64,000 nt of DNA from an uncultured Pseudomonadota bacterium (lineage in GTDB: Bacteria > Myxococcota_A > Polyangia > Fen-1088): contig CAWKBC010000007.1 of the NCBI GenBank assembly GCA_963847705.1, forward strand, positions 75,197 through 139,196, given 5' to 3'. A model generated the notes under the pieces. The model did not search any database, was not told the origin of the DNA, and saw only the letters and a list, made by a program, of their open reading frames with translations. Numbering within the stretch: the first letter of the stretch is position 1; the number at the start of each line of letters is the position of its first letter. A program made the position numbers and the translations under genes. Below are positions 1 to 11,054 of this stretch, one piece after another.

Positions 1-20
1 CCGCGCTCGTCCCCGCGCCG

Positions 21-1289
21 ATGCTCAAAATCGAGTTCGAAACGTACGCACTGGCCAACGGGCTACGGGTGATCCTCCACACGGATCGATCGAGCCCGCT
101 CGTGGCCGTCGATCTCTGGTACCACGTCGGCTCCAAGGATGAGGTGCCCGGACGGACCGGCTTCGCGCACCTGTTCGAGCACCTGATGTTCATGGGGTCG
201 CGCCACGCCCCCTACCCGGCGTTCGACGCGATCATGGAGAGCTGGGGCGGACACAACAACGGCACCACCAGCAACGACCGCACGAACTACTACGAGATCG
301 GGCCGCGCAACCTGCTGGAGACGTTCCTCTGGCTGGAGGCCGATCGCCTGGCCACGCTACCCGACGTGATCACCGCCGAGGAGCTGGAGAAGCAGCTCAA
401 GGTGGTTCAGAACGAGCGGCGGCAATCCTACGAGAACCGCCCCTACGGACGCGCCGAGCTGGCCATTCCCGAGGCGATGTACCCGGCCGACCACCCCTAC
501 CACTGGCCGACCATCGGTTCGCACGAAGATCTGGAGGCGGCCACCGTCGACGACGTGCGGGCCTTCTTCGATCGGTTCTACCGCCCGTCGAACGCCAGTC
601 TGGTGGTCGCGGGCGACTTCGATCCGGCTCAGGCGCGCGCGCTCATCGACCGTTACTTCGGCTGGCAGCCGAAGCGCGAGCCGGCCCAGCGCGCGCCGCA
701 CCCCGCGGCGCCCCGCCTGGCGGCCGACGTCGAGATCACGCTGACCGATCGGGTGCAGCTGCCGCGGCTGAGGCTGGCCTGGCACACGCCGGCGCTGTTC
801 GCTCCGGGCGACGCCGACCTCGATCTGGCGGCGCACGTCCTGGGCGGCGGCAAGTCGAGCCGACTCTACCGCGCGCTGGTGTTCGAACGGCGCATCGCGC
901 AGGACGTCTTCGCCTACCAGGGGTCGCAGATGCTGGGCAGCGTCTTCCACATCGGCGCCACGGCCAAACCGGATCACGATCTCACCGAGATCGGCGCGGC
1001 GGTCGACGCCGAGATCGCGCGTCTCGCCTCCGACGGACCGACCGAGGCCGAGCTGGCGCGCGCCCGCAACACCCACCTGGCCGACTTCTACAAGGGGCTC
1101 GATCACCTGCAGACGCGGGCCGATCTGCTGAACCACTACCAGAATTTGTTCGGCGATCCGGACGGTGTGGGACGCGACGTCGCCCGCTACGCCGACGCGA
1201 CCTGCGCCTCGGTGCGCGACGCCTTCGCGCGCGCGCTGGCGGGAAAGCGGCTGGCGCTGCAGACGCTCCCCGACCCGGTGACGGCGTGA
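21..1289 (+). CDS. M16 family zinc metallopeptidase (pitrilysin/insulinase-like), catalytic subunit
   Basis: N-terminal LxNGL, then HVGSKDE...GFAHLFEHLMF (HxxEH inverzincin motif), NGTT, NERR; C-terminal M16 domain with SSRLY. Confidence 0.93.
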   Translation: MLKIEFETYALANGLRVILHTDRSSPLVAVDLWYHVGSKDEVPGRTGFAHLFEHLMFMGSRHAPYPAFDAIMESWGGHNNGTTSNDRTNYYEIGPRNLLETFLWLEADRLATLPDVITAEELEKQLKVVQNERRQSYENRPYGRAELAIPEAMYPADHPYHWPTIGSHEDLEAATVDDVRAFFDRFYRPSNASLVVAGDFDPAQARALIDRYFGWQPKREPAQRAPHPAAPRLAADVEITLTDRVQLPRLRLAWHTPALFAPGDADLDLAAHVLGGGKSSRLYRALVFERRIAQDVFAYQGSQMLGSVFHIGATAKPDHDLTEIGAAVDAEIARLASDGPTEAELARARNTHLADFYKGLDHLQTRADLLNHYQNLFGDPDGVGRDVARYADATCASVRDAFARALAGKRLALQTLPDPVTA

Positions 1290-2662
1290 TCGAAGCGCCT
1301 GCGGCGATGGCCGCGGCGCCGGCCGTCGGGCCGCTGCCGAGCGTGATCCCTCCGACCGCCGACCGCTTCACGCTGTCGAACGGCCTCGAGGTGGTGACCG
1401 TGCGGCGCGACGTGGCGCCGATCGTCTCGGCGGCGCTCATGATCCGCAGCGGCGCGGGGAACGATGTGCCCGAGCTGTCGGGCCTGGCTTCACTGACCGC
1501 GGAGATGCTCGACGAGGGGGCCGGCACGCGCGACGCCCTCACGCTGGCCGACGAGCTCGAACGGCTGGGCGCCGATCTCTGGTTGGGCAGCGGCCGCGAC
1601 GGCTCGCAGCTCTCGGTCCAGGCGCCGCACGACACCTTCTTTGCGGCGCTGGACATCGCGGGCGACGTTCTCGTGCGCCCGCGCCTGACCGACTCCGACT
1701 GGGAGCGCGTGCTGGCCGATCGCAAGACCGCCAACGCGCAGCGCCGCGACCAGCCGGAAGCGGTCGTCAGCGTCGTCTCGGATCGGCTGCTGTTCGGAGA
1801 GTCCCACCCCTACGGCCGCCCGGTGGAGGGGTTCACCCGCACGCTCGAGCGCCTGTCGCTCGACGACGTCCGCGCCTTTCATGAAATGCACTGGCGGCCA
1901 AACCACGCCTTTCTGGTGGTGGCCGGGGCCTTCGACCAGGGGAGCCTGCGCGCGCGGCTCGAGGCGGCCCTGGGCGCCTGGACCGGCACGGCCCCGCCCG
2001 AGCCGGCGGCGCCGCCGGCCTGGCCCGCGCGCCCACGCCTCTGCATCGTCGATCGCCCGGGCGCGCCCCAGAGCATCGTGCGGCTGGTGGCGCCGGGGAC
2101 CGATCGCCTGTCCCCCGATCGTCCGGGACTGGCGATGCTGAACGCCATCCTGGGCGGCAGCTTCACCAGCCGGCTCAACTTCAACCTGCGCGAGAAGAAC
2201 GGCTTCACCTACGGCGCCTCGTCGAGCTTCGCCTTCCTGCGCCGGCCCGGCAGCTTCGCCGCGCGGGCCGCCGTGTTCGCCGAGTCGACCGCGCCAGCGG
2301 TCCGCGAGATGCTGAGCGAGCTCACCGGCCTGCACGAGCGCCCGGTGACGAGCGAGGAGCACGCCAAGGCGCGGGCCACCCTGTTGATGCGCGTCGCCGA
2401 GGGGTTGTCGACCACCGGCGGCATCGCCGCCAGCTTCGGCGACATCGGCCTTTACGGGCTGCCGCTCGACGAGCCGCTCCGCTTTGTCGCCGCGCTCGAG
2501 CGAACCACCGCCGACGACCTGCGGGCGCTGGCCGCGCGCTACATCGACCCGGACGCGGCCAGCATCGTCATCGTGGGCGATCGCGCCGCCATCGAGCCGG
2601 GGCTGCGCGAGCTCGGCTTGCCCGCGCCCGAGATCCGCGACGCCGACGGCGACCCCGTTTAG
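1286..2662 (+). CDS. M16 family peptidase, non-catalytic partner subunit
   Basis: LSNGL start; GLASLTAEML in place of HxxEH; LGGSFTSRLNFNLREKNGFTYG motif. Overlaps the upstream stop (GTGA), as in heterodimeric M16B pairs. Confidence 0.9.
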   Translation: MIEAPAAMAAAPAVGPLPSVIPPTADRFTLSNGLEVVTVRRDVAPIVSAALMIRSGAGNDVPELSGLASLTAEMLDEGAGTRDALTLADELERLGADLWLGSGRDGSQLSVQAPHDTFFAALDIAGDVLVRPRLTDSDWERVLADRKTANAQRRDQPEAVVSVVSDRLLFGESHPYGRPVEGFTRTLERLSLDDVRAFHEMHWRPNHAFLVVAGAFDQGSLRARLEAALGAWTGTAPPEPAAPPAWPARPRLCIVDRPGAPQSIVRLVAPGTDRLSPDRPGLAMLNAILGGSFTSRLNFNLREKNGFTYGASSSFAFLRRPGSFAARAAVFAESTAPAVREMLSELTGLHERPVTSEEHAKARATLLMRVAEGLSTTGGIAASFGDIGLYGLPLDEPLRFVAALERTTADDLRALAARYIDPDAASIVIVGDRAAIEPGLRELGLPAPEIRDADGDPV

Positions 2663-2687
2663 GCGCTCCGCTCGGTTTCACTCGGGG

Positions 2688-2802
2688 GCGGCGGGGGCCG
2701 GGGAGCTCCTCGGCCTACGCACCTAAAAGGTTGGAATCGTCGGGCGGAACAACAGAGCCGCCCGACTCAGCTTCGGCCGAGGAGCTCCCCGGCCCCCGCC
2801 GC
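2688..2802 (+). repeat. Structured element copy 1: 28-bp perfect inverted repeat enclosing two internal hairpins
   Basis: 2688-2715 GCGGCGGGGGCCGGGGAGCTCCTCGGCC is the exact reverse complement of 2775-2802. Inside: ACCT-AAA-AGGT and GTCGGGCGG-AACAACAGAG-CCGCCCGAC. Confidence 0.85.
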
Positions 2803-2881
2803 GCCTGCGTTCCACCTCGGCTCCGCTTCGGTCCGCTCCGGATCAGACCACCGAGCGGAACGTAGCGCGGCTCTCCGGCAA

Positions 2882-2994
2882 GCGAGAGGGCCGGGCGTTC
2901 GGTCGGCCGAAGCTGAGGACGGCGGCTCTGTTGTTCCGCCTGCCGATTCCAACCCCTCGGGTGCGTAGGCCGACCGAATACCCGTCCCCCTCGC
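2882..2994 (-). repeat. Structured element copy 2 (inverted relative to copy 1)
   Basis: Reverse complement of 2903-2973 reads TCGGCCTACGCACCCGAGGGGTTGGAATCGGCAGGCGGAACAACAGAGCCGCCGTCCTCAGCTTCGGCCGA, close to 2710-2780, but enclosed by a different outer stem. Confidence 0.8.
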
Positions 2995-3042
2995 CCCCGC
3001 CGCAGGGTCTGAGCGGAGCGGAGCGCAGCGAAGCCGCGGTCG

Positions 3043-3570
3043 TCAGCCGCTGGAGGCGACGGTGCGGAGGGTCTGGCGGAGCTTGGTGCGGGCGCGCATC
3101 AGGCGGGTGCCGACCGTGGAACGCGGGATGGTGAGCTTGTCCGCGATCTCGTCGTAGCTGCAGTTCTCGAGCAGGCGCAGCTCGTACACCTCGCGGAACG
3201 GCCGCTCCAGATCGGCCAGCGCGGCATGGATCTGCTCCTGGGTGATCGTCTCCCAGGCCTCCGGTACGTAGGGCTCCGGGCCGGCCACCTCGTGGTCGTC
3301 CAGCGAGAACGAGCGGGGCTCGCGCGCCAGGCGGCGGCAGCGATCCAGAAACAGGTTGTACATGATGGTCATCAACCAGTGCCGCAGGTTGGTGCCCGGG
3401 GTGAAGCTCGCCTTCCCCCGCAGCGCCCGTTCGTAGGTGTCCTGAACGAGATCCAGTGCGTCCGACCGGCTGCGCAGGAGACGCATTGCGCGGGCATAGA
3501 GCACCGGTTCGTACCGCGAGGCCATTTCATCTGGATGCATGGGCTCTCTAATGAGCAACGGCTGTGCCAT
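3043..3570 (-). CDS. ECF-type RNA polymerase sigma factor (sigma-70 family)
   Basis: Region 2 DALDLVQDTYERAL...NLRHWLMTIMYNLFLD; region 4 SYDEIADKLTIPRSTVGTRLMRARTKL. Start at ATG 3570 or 3540; the longer 4326 start is an antisense extension. Confidence 0.9.
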   Translation of the reverse strand: MAQPLLIREPMHPDEMASRYEPVLYARAMRLLRSRSDALDLVQDTYERALRGKASFTPGTNLRHWLMTIMYNLFLDRCRRLAREPRSFSLDDHEVAGPEPYVPEAWETITQEQIHAALADLERPFREVYELRLLENCSYDEIADKLTIPRSTVGTRLMRARTKLRQTLRTVASSG

Positions 3571-3619
3571 GCGTAAGTGACTGGAATTGTGTGAGATGTA
3601 TCTCGACGCCCCGCGCGAC

Positions 3620-3646
3620 TTGCGCAAGGTTGCACAACTTGCGCAA
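3620..3646. promoter_or_regulatory. Three tandem TTGCRCAA boxes in the ECF/enhancer-binding-protein divergent region
   Basis: TTGCGCAA (3620-27), TTGCACAA (3630-37), TTGCGCAA (3639-46). Confidence 0.45.
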
Positions 3647-3696
3647 CTGCCACTTGCCCCCGAGGGGCGCCGGTCGACATACTGCCGGGGAAGGCG

Positions 3697-5076
<1,380 letters not shown>

Positions 5077-5082
5077 AACCAG

Positions 5083-6726
5083 TCAGAGCTTGATGCGCAG
5101 CGCGACGCCCAGATCGACGACCGGGTAGTCAGTGAGTGCCGCGGGGTAAGCGAGCGAGGCGAGGAGGGCCTGGTACTGCGTGGCTTGGGCGGTGGTCAGG
5201 GTGCTGGCGAAATTCGGCGGTATCTGGAAGCGAAACTCGCCGCCCAGGTTGCCGTAATGGACGCCGGCGAATGCCTCGACGGAGAGGTGGGTGAGGACGG
5301 TGACGGAGTAATCGAGCCGCGTGACGAACGACCTGTCGGAGAGGTTGCCCAGCGTCGAGAGCGTGAAGGTGGTGTAGTTCCAGGAGTAGGGCGCCGGAAG
5401 CGTCAGGTAGACGGCGCCGTACTGCCTGCCCAGATAGAAGAACGGGAAGGCGGAGGTGTCGCCATTCAGGAATGCGGCCTGGAGCAGCGCCGGGTAGGCC
5501 GAGGCGTTGTCGTAGCCCGGGTGGTTGTAGAAGTACTCCACGCCGACGGTCCACATGTCGTTGTCGTTGTACTTGCGCGAATAGCCGATCCCGCCCACCG
5601 CCTGCGTCTCGTACCCCGTGAAGGGGTAGAGCATCGGGGTCGGCGAGCCCGAGACAGGGAACGCGTGCTCGAAGTCGCTGCCCGGTCGAACGGCGACGTC
5701 GGCGTAGACGTCGAAGTCGTAGATGCCCGTCGAGAGATCGAAGCCGTAACGCGGACTCTGGCCGCGGCGGAGGTAGGTATCGACGCCCATCTCGACCCCG
5801 GCCAGCACGACCTCGGCGCGAAACGCCCCCGCCACCTGCCCCAGCGAGGCGGTCGGGGCGTTGGGATCTTCGGCGATGCCGAAGGCGTAGAAGTTCCACC
5901 CCTTCTCTTCCCAGGGGATGTTCAGCTTGATCATCGTCGTCCCCGGGCGGGCGTCGAACACGTCGAGCGGGTTGCGCTTCTGCTCGTGCAGATAGTCGGT
6001 CGGCTGCCAGAACCGCCCCGTCCCCCAGCGCACGTGCTGCTTGCCGGCGGTGACGAAGACGTGATCGAGGATGTCGAACCGGATCCACATCTGATCGAGC
6101 AGCGTGGCCGGTCCACGGGTGTTGCTGAAGGTCGAAAAACCGGTGGGGCTGGTGGCGCTGGCGAACGCCCCGTTCGACATCATCTGGCCGCTCTGCGGCA
6201 GCACCCCGCCGCCATTCGGCGGCAGCGTCGGATCGTAGCTCATGCGGCCGAGGATGAAGGCCCGCACGCGCGGGTTCGGACGGGCGTCGAGGTAGAGGTC
6301 GAGCAAACTGGGCGCCGAGAGCGACCAGTCGGCGGGGGCCTGCCCACCGTAGGCGGTGGTCTGCATGCGCAAATAGAGCTGCCCGCCGATCTGCAGCGGG
6401 TTCTCGGGCGCCACGTAGTCGGAGAGAAACTTGGCGTCGGCGCTGCCGCCCAGGAGCTCCTGATCGCGCGCGGTTCCGCCGGCGGCCTCGGAGGCGGGCG
6501 CGGCCGCGGGTGGCGCGGAGACGGCGGGCGATGGCGGACCCGGCGCGCCGGTGACGGGGGACGGGGGCGCGGTCGTGGCTGGTGCGCTGGGGGACGGTGA
6601 CGGGCTCGGCGTGGAGGCGCCGCCTCCGAAAAGGTCCTGCTCGCTCGGTCGATCCTCCGCCCGCGCGCCACCACCGAGACCGGTCGCGAGCAGCGCGACG
6701 CCGAACGCAGCGACCGATCGTCTCAT
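5083..6726 (-). CDS. Putative outer-membrane beta-barrel protein, last gene of the Lol/MacB-like operon
   Basis: Start MRRSVAAF at 6726 overlaps the upstream stop; signal peptide (ARA-E); Pro-rich linker; amphipathic strands with GKQHVRWG motif; ends VDLGVALRIKL. Confidence 0.7.
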   Translation of the reverse strand: MRRSVAAFGVALLATGLGGGARAEDRPSEQDLFGGGASTPSPSPSPSAPATTAPPSPVTGAPGPPSPAVSAPPAAAPASEAAGGTARDQELLGGSADAKFLSDYVAPENPLQIGGQLYLRMQTTAYGGQAPADWSLSAPSLLDLYLDARPNPRVRAFILGRMSYDPTLPPNGGGVLPQSGQMMSNGAFASATSPTGFSTFSNTRGPATLLDQMWIRFDILDHVFVTAGKQHVRWGTGRFWQPTDYLHEQKRNPLDVFDARPGTTMIKLNIPWEEKGWNFYAFGIAEDPNAPTASLGQVAGAFRAEVVLAGVEMGVDTYLRRGQSPRYGFDLSTGIYDFDVYADVAVRPGSDFEHAFPVSGSPTPMLYPFTGYETQAVGGIGYSRKYNDNDMWTVGVEYFYNHPGYDNASAYPALLQAAFLNGDTSAFPFFYLGRQYGAVYLTLPAPYSWNYTTFTLSTLGNLSDRSFVTRLDYSVTVLTHLSVEAFAGVHYGNLGGEFRFQIPPNFASTLTTAQATQYQALLASLAYPAALTDYPVVDLGVALRIKL

Positions 6727-7547
6727 CTGCTCTTGCTCTCGAGCCAGGCCTTGGTGAACAGGTTCTGCGGCAGGGCGTTGGGATCGACCGCCTTGATGAG
6801 CACCAGCGTCTGGTTGGCCTTCTCCACCTCGTCGTAGAAGCGGATCTCCTCCGGGTACCAGGTGTCGCCGTTCTTCGACGGGCTCCAGATCTTCTTCCAC
6901 TTGGTGTAGTACGAGGTCCGCAGGAGCCGGCCCGACAGCGCGTACTCCTGCCGCTTGAGGATGTTCTTGCTCTCCTTGTCGATCCAGATGTGGACGATCG
7001 GGAAGGCCAGGTCCTGGCCCGGCTTGCCGGTCAGCTTCAGCTTGATCGCCGTGTAGATGCCCAGCTTCTCTTCCCCTTCGTCGGCGGGGTCGTACTCTTC
7101 GGACAGCCGCGACTCGTCGAAGTCGGAGCGGCGCGAGTTGGTCCCGCCGATCCGCTCGCGCTCGGTGCGCCGCTCCCACTTGCCGACCGACGGGTCGTAG
7201 AACCAGAGGTTCTTGTCGATGCGCAGGTAGCCCTGCCCGGCCGACGACTTGGGCGCGGTGAAGAGGATCATGAACTTCTGATCCGACGAGCGGCGGAAGT
7301 ACTCCGTCTGGTAGACGGTGTCGACCTTGTCTTTCTCTTTCTGTTCGAGGTAGGCCTCCGCGCGCCAGTCGCCGTTGTTCTTCTGGCGATCGTCGACCAT
7401 CTTGAGCAGGTCGACCATCTGCGCGCTGGTGAGGGCCGCGAGGGCGCGTCCCGGCGCGACGAAGCTCGGCAGCAGGTTCAAGGTCGTCGCGGCCGCCAGC
7501 GCCGCCAGGGTCAATCTCTTGGTTTGGTGGGTCATGGTTGATTTCAT
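6723..7547 (-). CDS. Outer-membrane lipoprotein-sorting (LolA-like) periplasmic protein
   Basis: Signal peptide; FTAPKSSAGQGYLRIDKNLWFYDP and GTNSRRSDF match the LolA-like family pattern; ends LPQNLFTKAWL; ATGA coupling with the permease gene. Confidence 0.8.
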   Translation of the reverse strand: MKSTMTHQTKRLTLAALAAATTLNLLPSFVAPGRALAALTSAQMVDLLKMVDDRQKNNGDWRAEAYLEQKEKDKVDTVYQTEYFRRSSDQKFMILFTAPKSSAGQGYLRIDKNLWFYDPSVGKWERRTERERIGGTNSRRSDFDESRLSEEYDPADEGEEKLGIYTAIKLKLTGKPGQDLAFPIVHIWIDKESKNILKRQEYALSGRLLRTSYYTKWKKIWSPSKNGDTWYPEEIRFYDEVEKANQTLVLIKAVDPNALPQNLFTKAWLESKSR

Positions 7548-8875
7548 CCGAAGTGGGACATGGCGTCGACGGGCTGCAACCGCGCCGCCTTCAGCGAAGG
7601 GTAGAGCGCAGCCACCGCGGTGACGAGCGTGATGGTCACGACCGACTGCACCAGCAGCGATCCGTGCACGGAGAGATGCAGGTGCGGTGACATCAGAAAG
7701 AACTGCAGACCGGTCGGCACCGGGACGTGCGCCGCGTTGAGCCCGGCGGCGATGGCGGCCCCGGCGAGCACACCGCAGATGGTGGCGCCGAAGCCCAGCA
7801 TGATCGACTCGAGCAGGAACATCCAGAGCACCTCGCGCCGGTGCATCCCGATCGCGCGCAGCGTCCCGATCTCGCGGGTGCGCTCCCGGATGGCGATCCA
7901 CATGGTGTTCATGATGCCGATGATGATGATGGCGATCAGAATGACGATCAGCACCGCCGACAACCCCTGCAGCGCCTTCAGCGTCCAGGTCATGAACGAG
8001 ATCTCGTCCTCCCAGCTGGTGATGTCCAGCTTCTGTCCGGTCCAGTCCTCGCGCGAGACCGACTGGAACTTCATCCAGAACGCGCGCGGGTCGGGCTCCA
8101 TCAGCCGATAGCCGGCCTGATCGAGCGCCAGCCGCAAGTTCGCGGCGATGGTGGGGATGCGATCGATGTCCTTCTGGTTGAGCAGGATCTGGATGACCCC
8201 CGTCGAGTCCTGATTGAGCTGGTAGAGCGCCCGCAGGCTGTCGATGGGGATGAAGGCGTTCCAGGTGCTGAGCAGCCCCAGGCTGTGCGCGATCGCCACC
8301 ACCCGCACGTCGATGGTGTTGTTGGTGCCGCGCGTGGTGGGGGCGGAGATCGTCAGGGCGTCGCCCACCTTGGCACCCAGCTTCTCGGACTGGTTGTCGA
8401 AGAGGAGCATCGTTCCCGGCTGCGCCAGATCGTTCAGATTGCCGCTCACCAACTGCAGCACCTGGGCCACCTTCGGTTCGCTCTTGATGTCGATCCCGGT
8501 GATGCCGAGCTGCATCGACCCGGTGTCGGAGACGACCTTGGCCCACCCGCGCCCCCGCTGGACGGCGAAGGCCATCTCGGGGACCGTCTTCTTGACGATC
8601 TCCAGGACCTTCTTGTAGTCGGTCACCACCGGCGCCGCCTGCCCGGCGGTCACCTTGTAGAAGCCGCCCACGTTGACGTGCCCGGTGGAGAGCGTGGTGG
8701 CGGTGTCGATCATCGTCTCGCGCACGCCGGTGGACAGGCCGTTGAGCAGGACCAGGAGCGCCGTCACCGCGGCGATGGCCAGGCCGAGGAACAGCGTGCG
8801 CCGCCGGTGCTGCACCAGGTTGCGGAAGGCGATCGTCAGATCGACGTAGAGCTTGGAACCGACGTGGCTGGGCAT
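7544..8875 (-). CDS. ABC transporter permease, FtsX/LolE/MacB family
   Basis: IAFRNLVQHRRRT N-terminus, one TM, periplasmic domain, then GIMNTMWIAIRERTREIGTLRAIG and AARLQPVDAM. Confidence 0.92.
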   Translation of the reverse strand: MPSHVGSKLYVDLTIAFRNLVQHRRRTLFLGLAIAAVTALLVLLNGLSTGVRETMIDTATTLSTGHVNVGGFYKVTAGQAAPVVTDYKKVLEIVKKTVPEMAFAVQRGRGWAKVVSDTGSMQLGITGIDIKSEPKVAQVLQLVSGNLNDLAQPGTMLLFDNQSEKLGAKVGDALTISAPTTRGTNNTIDVRVVAIAHSLGLLSTWNAFIPIDSLRALYQLNQDSTGVIQILLNQKDIDRIPTIAANLRLALDQAGYRLMEPDPRAFWMKFQSVSREDWTGQKLDITSWEDEISFMTWTLKALQGLSAVLIVILIAIIIIGIMNTMWIAIRERTREIGTLRAIGMHRREVLWMFLLESIMLGFGATICGVLAGAAIAAGLNAAHVPVPTGLQFFLMSPHLHLSVHGSLLVQSVVTITLVTAVAALYPSLKAARLQPVDAMSHFG

Positions 8876-8885
8876 GGCTGTTCCC

Positions 8886-11054
8886 TCATTCCTCTTCCGC
8901 CATCGCCTGGCGGGGTGTGACCCGCATGGCGATCCAGGCCGGGTAGAAGCTGGAAAAGGCGCTCACCAGCAGCACGATCACGAAGGCCGCGATGACGTTG
9001 CTGGTGCCGATGAAGGGGTAGAGGCGCGGCCCCGAGAAGAAGAAGAACCAGATGTCGGACTTGGCGGGGATGCCGATCTTGCCGACGATGGTGACGATGA
9101 GCGCCCCCAGCAGGGCACCGAGGCCGCCGAAGATGACGCCGACCACGATCGATTCGACCACCAGCATGGCCAGGATGAAGCGCCGCTGGGCGCCGATGGC
9201 GCGCAGCGTGCCGATCTCCTTCACCCGCTCCAGCGTGGCCATCACCAGCGCGTTGTTGATGATGACGAGCGCGATGATGAAGATGATCAGGATCGCCACG
9301 TAGAGCACCATCCGGATGACGTTGACGAACTGGCCGATGAGCCCCGCGGCCTGCTGCCAGTCGATCGCCTTGAGCGTCAGCCCGTCCGCCTTCCCCTGCG
9401 CCTCGATCGCCGCGATGGTCTCCTTGATCTTCTTGGGATCCTTGACGATCACCGCGGCGTTGAGCACCACCCCCTGCTCCACCTCGCCCGGCGGGAAGAC
9501 CCGGCTGCGCGCCTCTTCGCGCTGCAGCTTGCCGCCCAGCGACTCCCCGAGATCGTGCGTCACGGCTGAGACGCCCGGGGTGGTGGTCGCCTCGATGTGA
9601 CGGGGCGCCTTGGCCGCAGGCGCGGCCTCGGGCGCGTCGGCCTTGCCGAACAGCTCGGCCTCGGCGTTCTCCCGGCTGATGTCGCGCGCGCCCGCCTCCT
9701 TCTGCAGCGCCTTGATCTCGGCCAGCTTCTCACCGCTCATGAAGCCGTAGAGCTCGCGGAACGAGACCATGTCCATCAGGTTGAGCGCGCCCGCCAGCGT
9801 CGACTTCTCCAGCCCCTGGAACTGGAAGGTGCCGTAGACGGGGACGTTCACCGACTGCACGTAGCCCGAACGGGTGAAGGCCTTGATGGTGAGCACGTCG
9901 CCGATGCGCACGCGATAGAGCTCCAGCGACGGCGCCAGCTCTTTGTAGAAGAAGTCATAGCGCTGGTGGAAGTTCTGGTCGTCGGTCTGGAAGAAGTCGA
10001 CCAGCAGCTTGCCGACGTCCGTCTCGGTGCTGGCCAGCTCGCCCTGCAGCTTGGCCCGGAAGTCGAGCGTCTTCTGCGCGTCGAGCTGCAGCAGGATCTC
10101 GCGCACCTGCGAGGTGTTCTCCCGGACCATCCGCTTGAGATCGGGATCGGTGGCGATGGTCTCCCCCTGCGAATCGACCCCCTCTTTGATCTTGTCGAGC
10201 CGTCGCGCCGCCTTCAGCTTGAGCTGATCTTCGTAGACCTGCTTGGCGAAGAGGAACCCGCGCTTGCCGGCCGGGACCATGGTCCCCTCGACGATCTTCA
10301 TGCGGTCGAACGACTTCTGGAAGGCCTGGAAGTCGGTGCCGACGTAGTTGAGAAACAGCAGGTCGGCGTCCGCCGCCTGGCTGGCGATCCGGTTCTCCAG
10401 GAACTCGAGGGCTTCGAAGGGATCCTTGTCGAAGTCCTGCCAGAACCTGTCGGACGCCGCCCGGGTGACCGCCTCGGCGTCCGCGGGATCGATCGCCTTT
10501 TCGTCCAGCACCGCCTTGGCGTTCTTGAGATCGCCTTGCAGCACCGAGACGATCTGGCGGACATGCCCCTTCTCGGCGGCCATCTGCGCCTGCGCCCGCG
10601 CCCGGTCGGCGTCGGTCTTGGCGTCGCGCGCGGCCTTCACCGCGTTGCGCAGCTTCTCCAGCGCGAGATCGATGGTGTTGCCCGAGGTGACCAGCGCGCC
10701 GCTGATCCCCATGGGGACGACCGACTTGACGTTCGGCACCTTCAGCAGCGAGGCCCGCACCTTGGAGAAGTCGTCGAGCTGACTGATGTCCGGATCGCCC
10801 ATCATCATCCGCCCCATCACCTCCAGCGGATCCTTGGACTTGGCGTTGTAGACCTGGATGTGGCCGGCGACGCTGCCGATCACGCTGCGGCTCATCGAGG
10901 CCACCAGGCTGTCGAGCAGCGAGTTTCCGGTGACCACCAGCAGGCCGCCGAAGAAGATGATCCCGCCGACGATGATGGTCTTGAGGCGGCTGGCGAACAG
11001 ATTCCGAAAGGCCATCTGCGCGACGACCCCCAGCGTGGCGAACCAGCCCCTCAC
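8886..11054 (-). CDS. ABC transporter permease, FtsX/LolC family, with enlarged periplasmic domain
   Basis: MAFRNLFASRLKT; INNALVMATLERVKEIGTLRAIG; 722 aa with charged helical periplasmic insertions. Confidence 0.9.
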   Translation of the reverse strand: MRGWFATLGVVAQMAFRNLFASRLKTIIVGGIIFFGGLLVVTGNSLLDSLVASMSRSVIGSVAGHIQVYNAKSKDPLEVMGRMMMGDPDISQLDDFSKVRASLLKVPNVKSVVPMGISGALVTSGNTIDLALEKLRNAVKAARDAKTDADRARAQAQMAAEKGHVRQIVSVLQGDLKNAKAVLDEKAIDPADAEAVTRAASDRFWQDFDKDPFEALEFLENRIASQAADADLLFLNYVGTDFQAFQKSFDRMKIVEGTMVPAGKRGFLFAKQVYEDQLKLKAARRLDKIKEGVDSQGETIATDPDLKRMVRENTSQVREILLQLDAQKTLDFRAKLQGELASTETDVGKLLVDFFQTDDQNFHQRYDFFYKELAPSLELYRVRIGDVLTIKAFTRSGYVQSVNVPVYGTFQFQGLEKSTLAGALNLMDMVSFRELYGFMSGEKLAEIKALQKEAGARDISRENAEAELFGKADAPEAAPAAKAPRHIEATTTPGVSAVTHDLGESLGGKLQREEARSRVFPPGEVEQGVVLNAAVIVKDPKKIKETIAAIEAQGKADGLTLKAIDWQQAAGLIGQFVNVIRMVLYVAILIIFIIALVIINNALVMATLERVKEIGTLRAIGAQRRFILAMLVVESIVVGVIFGGLGALLGALIVTIVGKIGIPAKSDIWFFFFSGPRLYPFIGTSNVIAAFVIVLLVSAFSSFYPAWIAMRVTPRQAMAEEE

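Noticed and set aside
1286-2662. Loss of HxxEH in the second M16 gene as a novel pseudo-enzyme
   Set aside because: Active plus inactive subunit pairs are the established architecture of M16B peptidases.
2903-2973. Hammerhead ribozyme suggested by CTGAGGA followed by a stem
   Set aside because: No GAAA after the stem, and the other copy reads CTGAGTC, so the catalytic core is not conserved.
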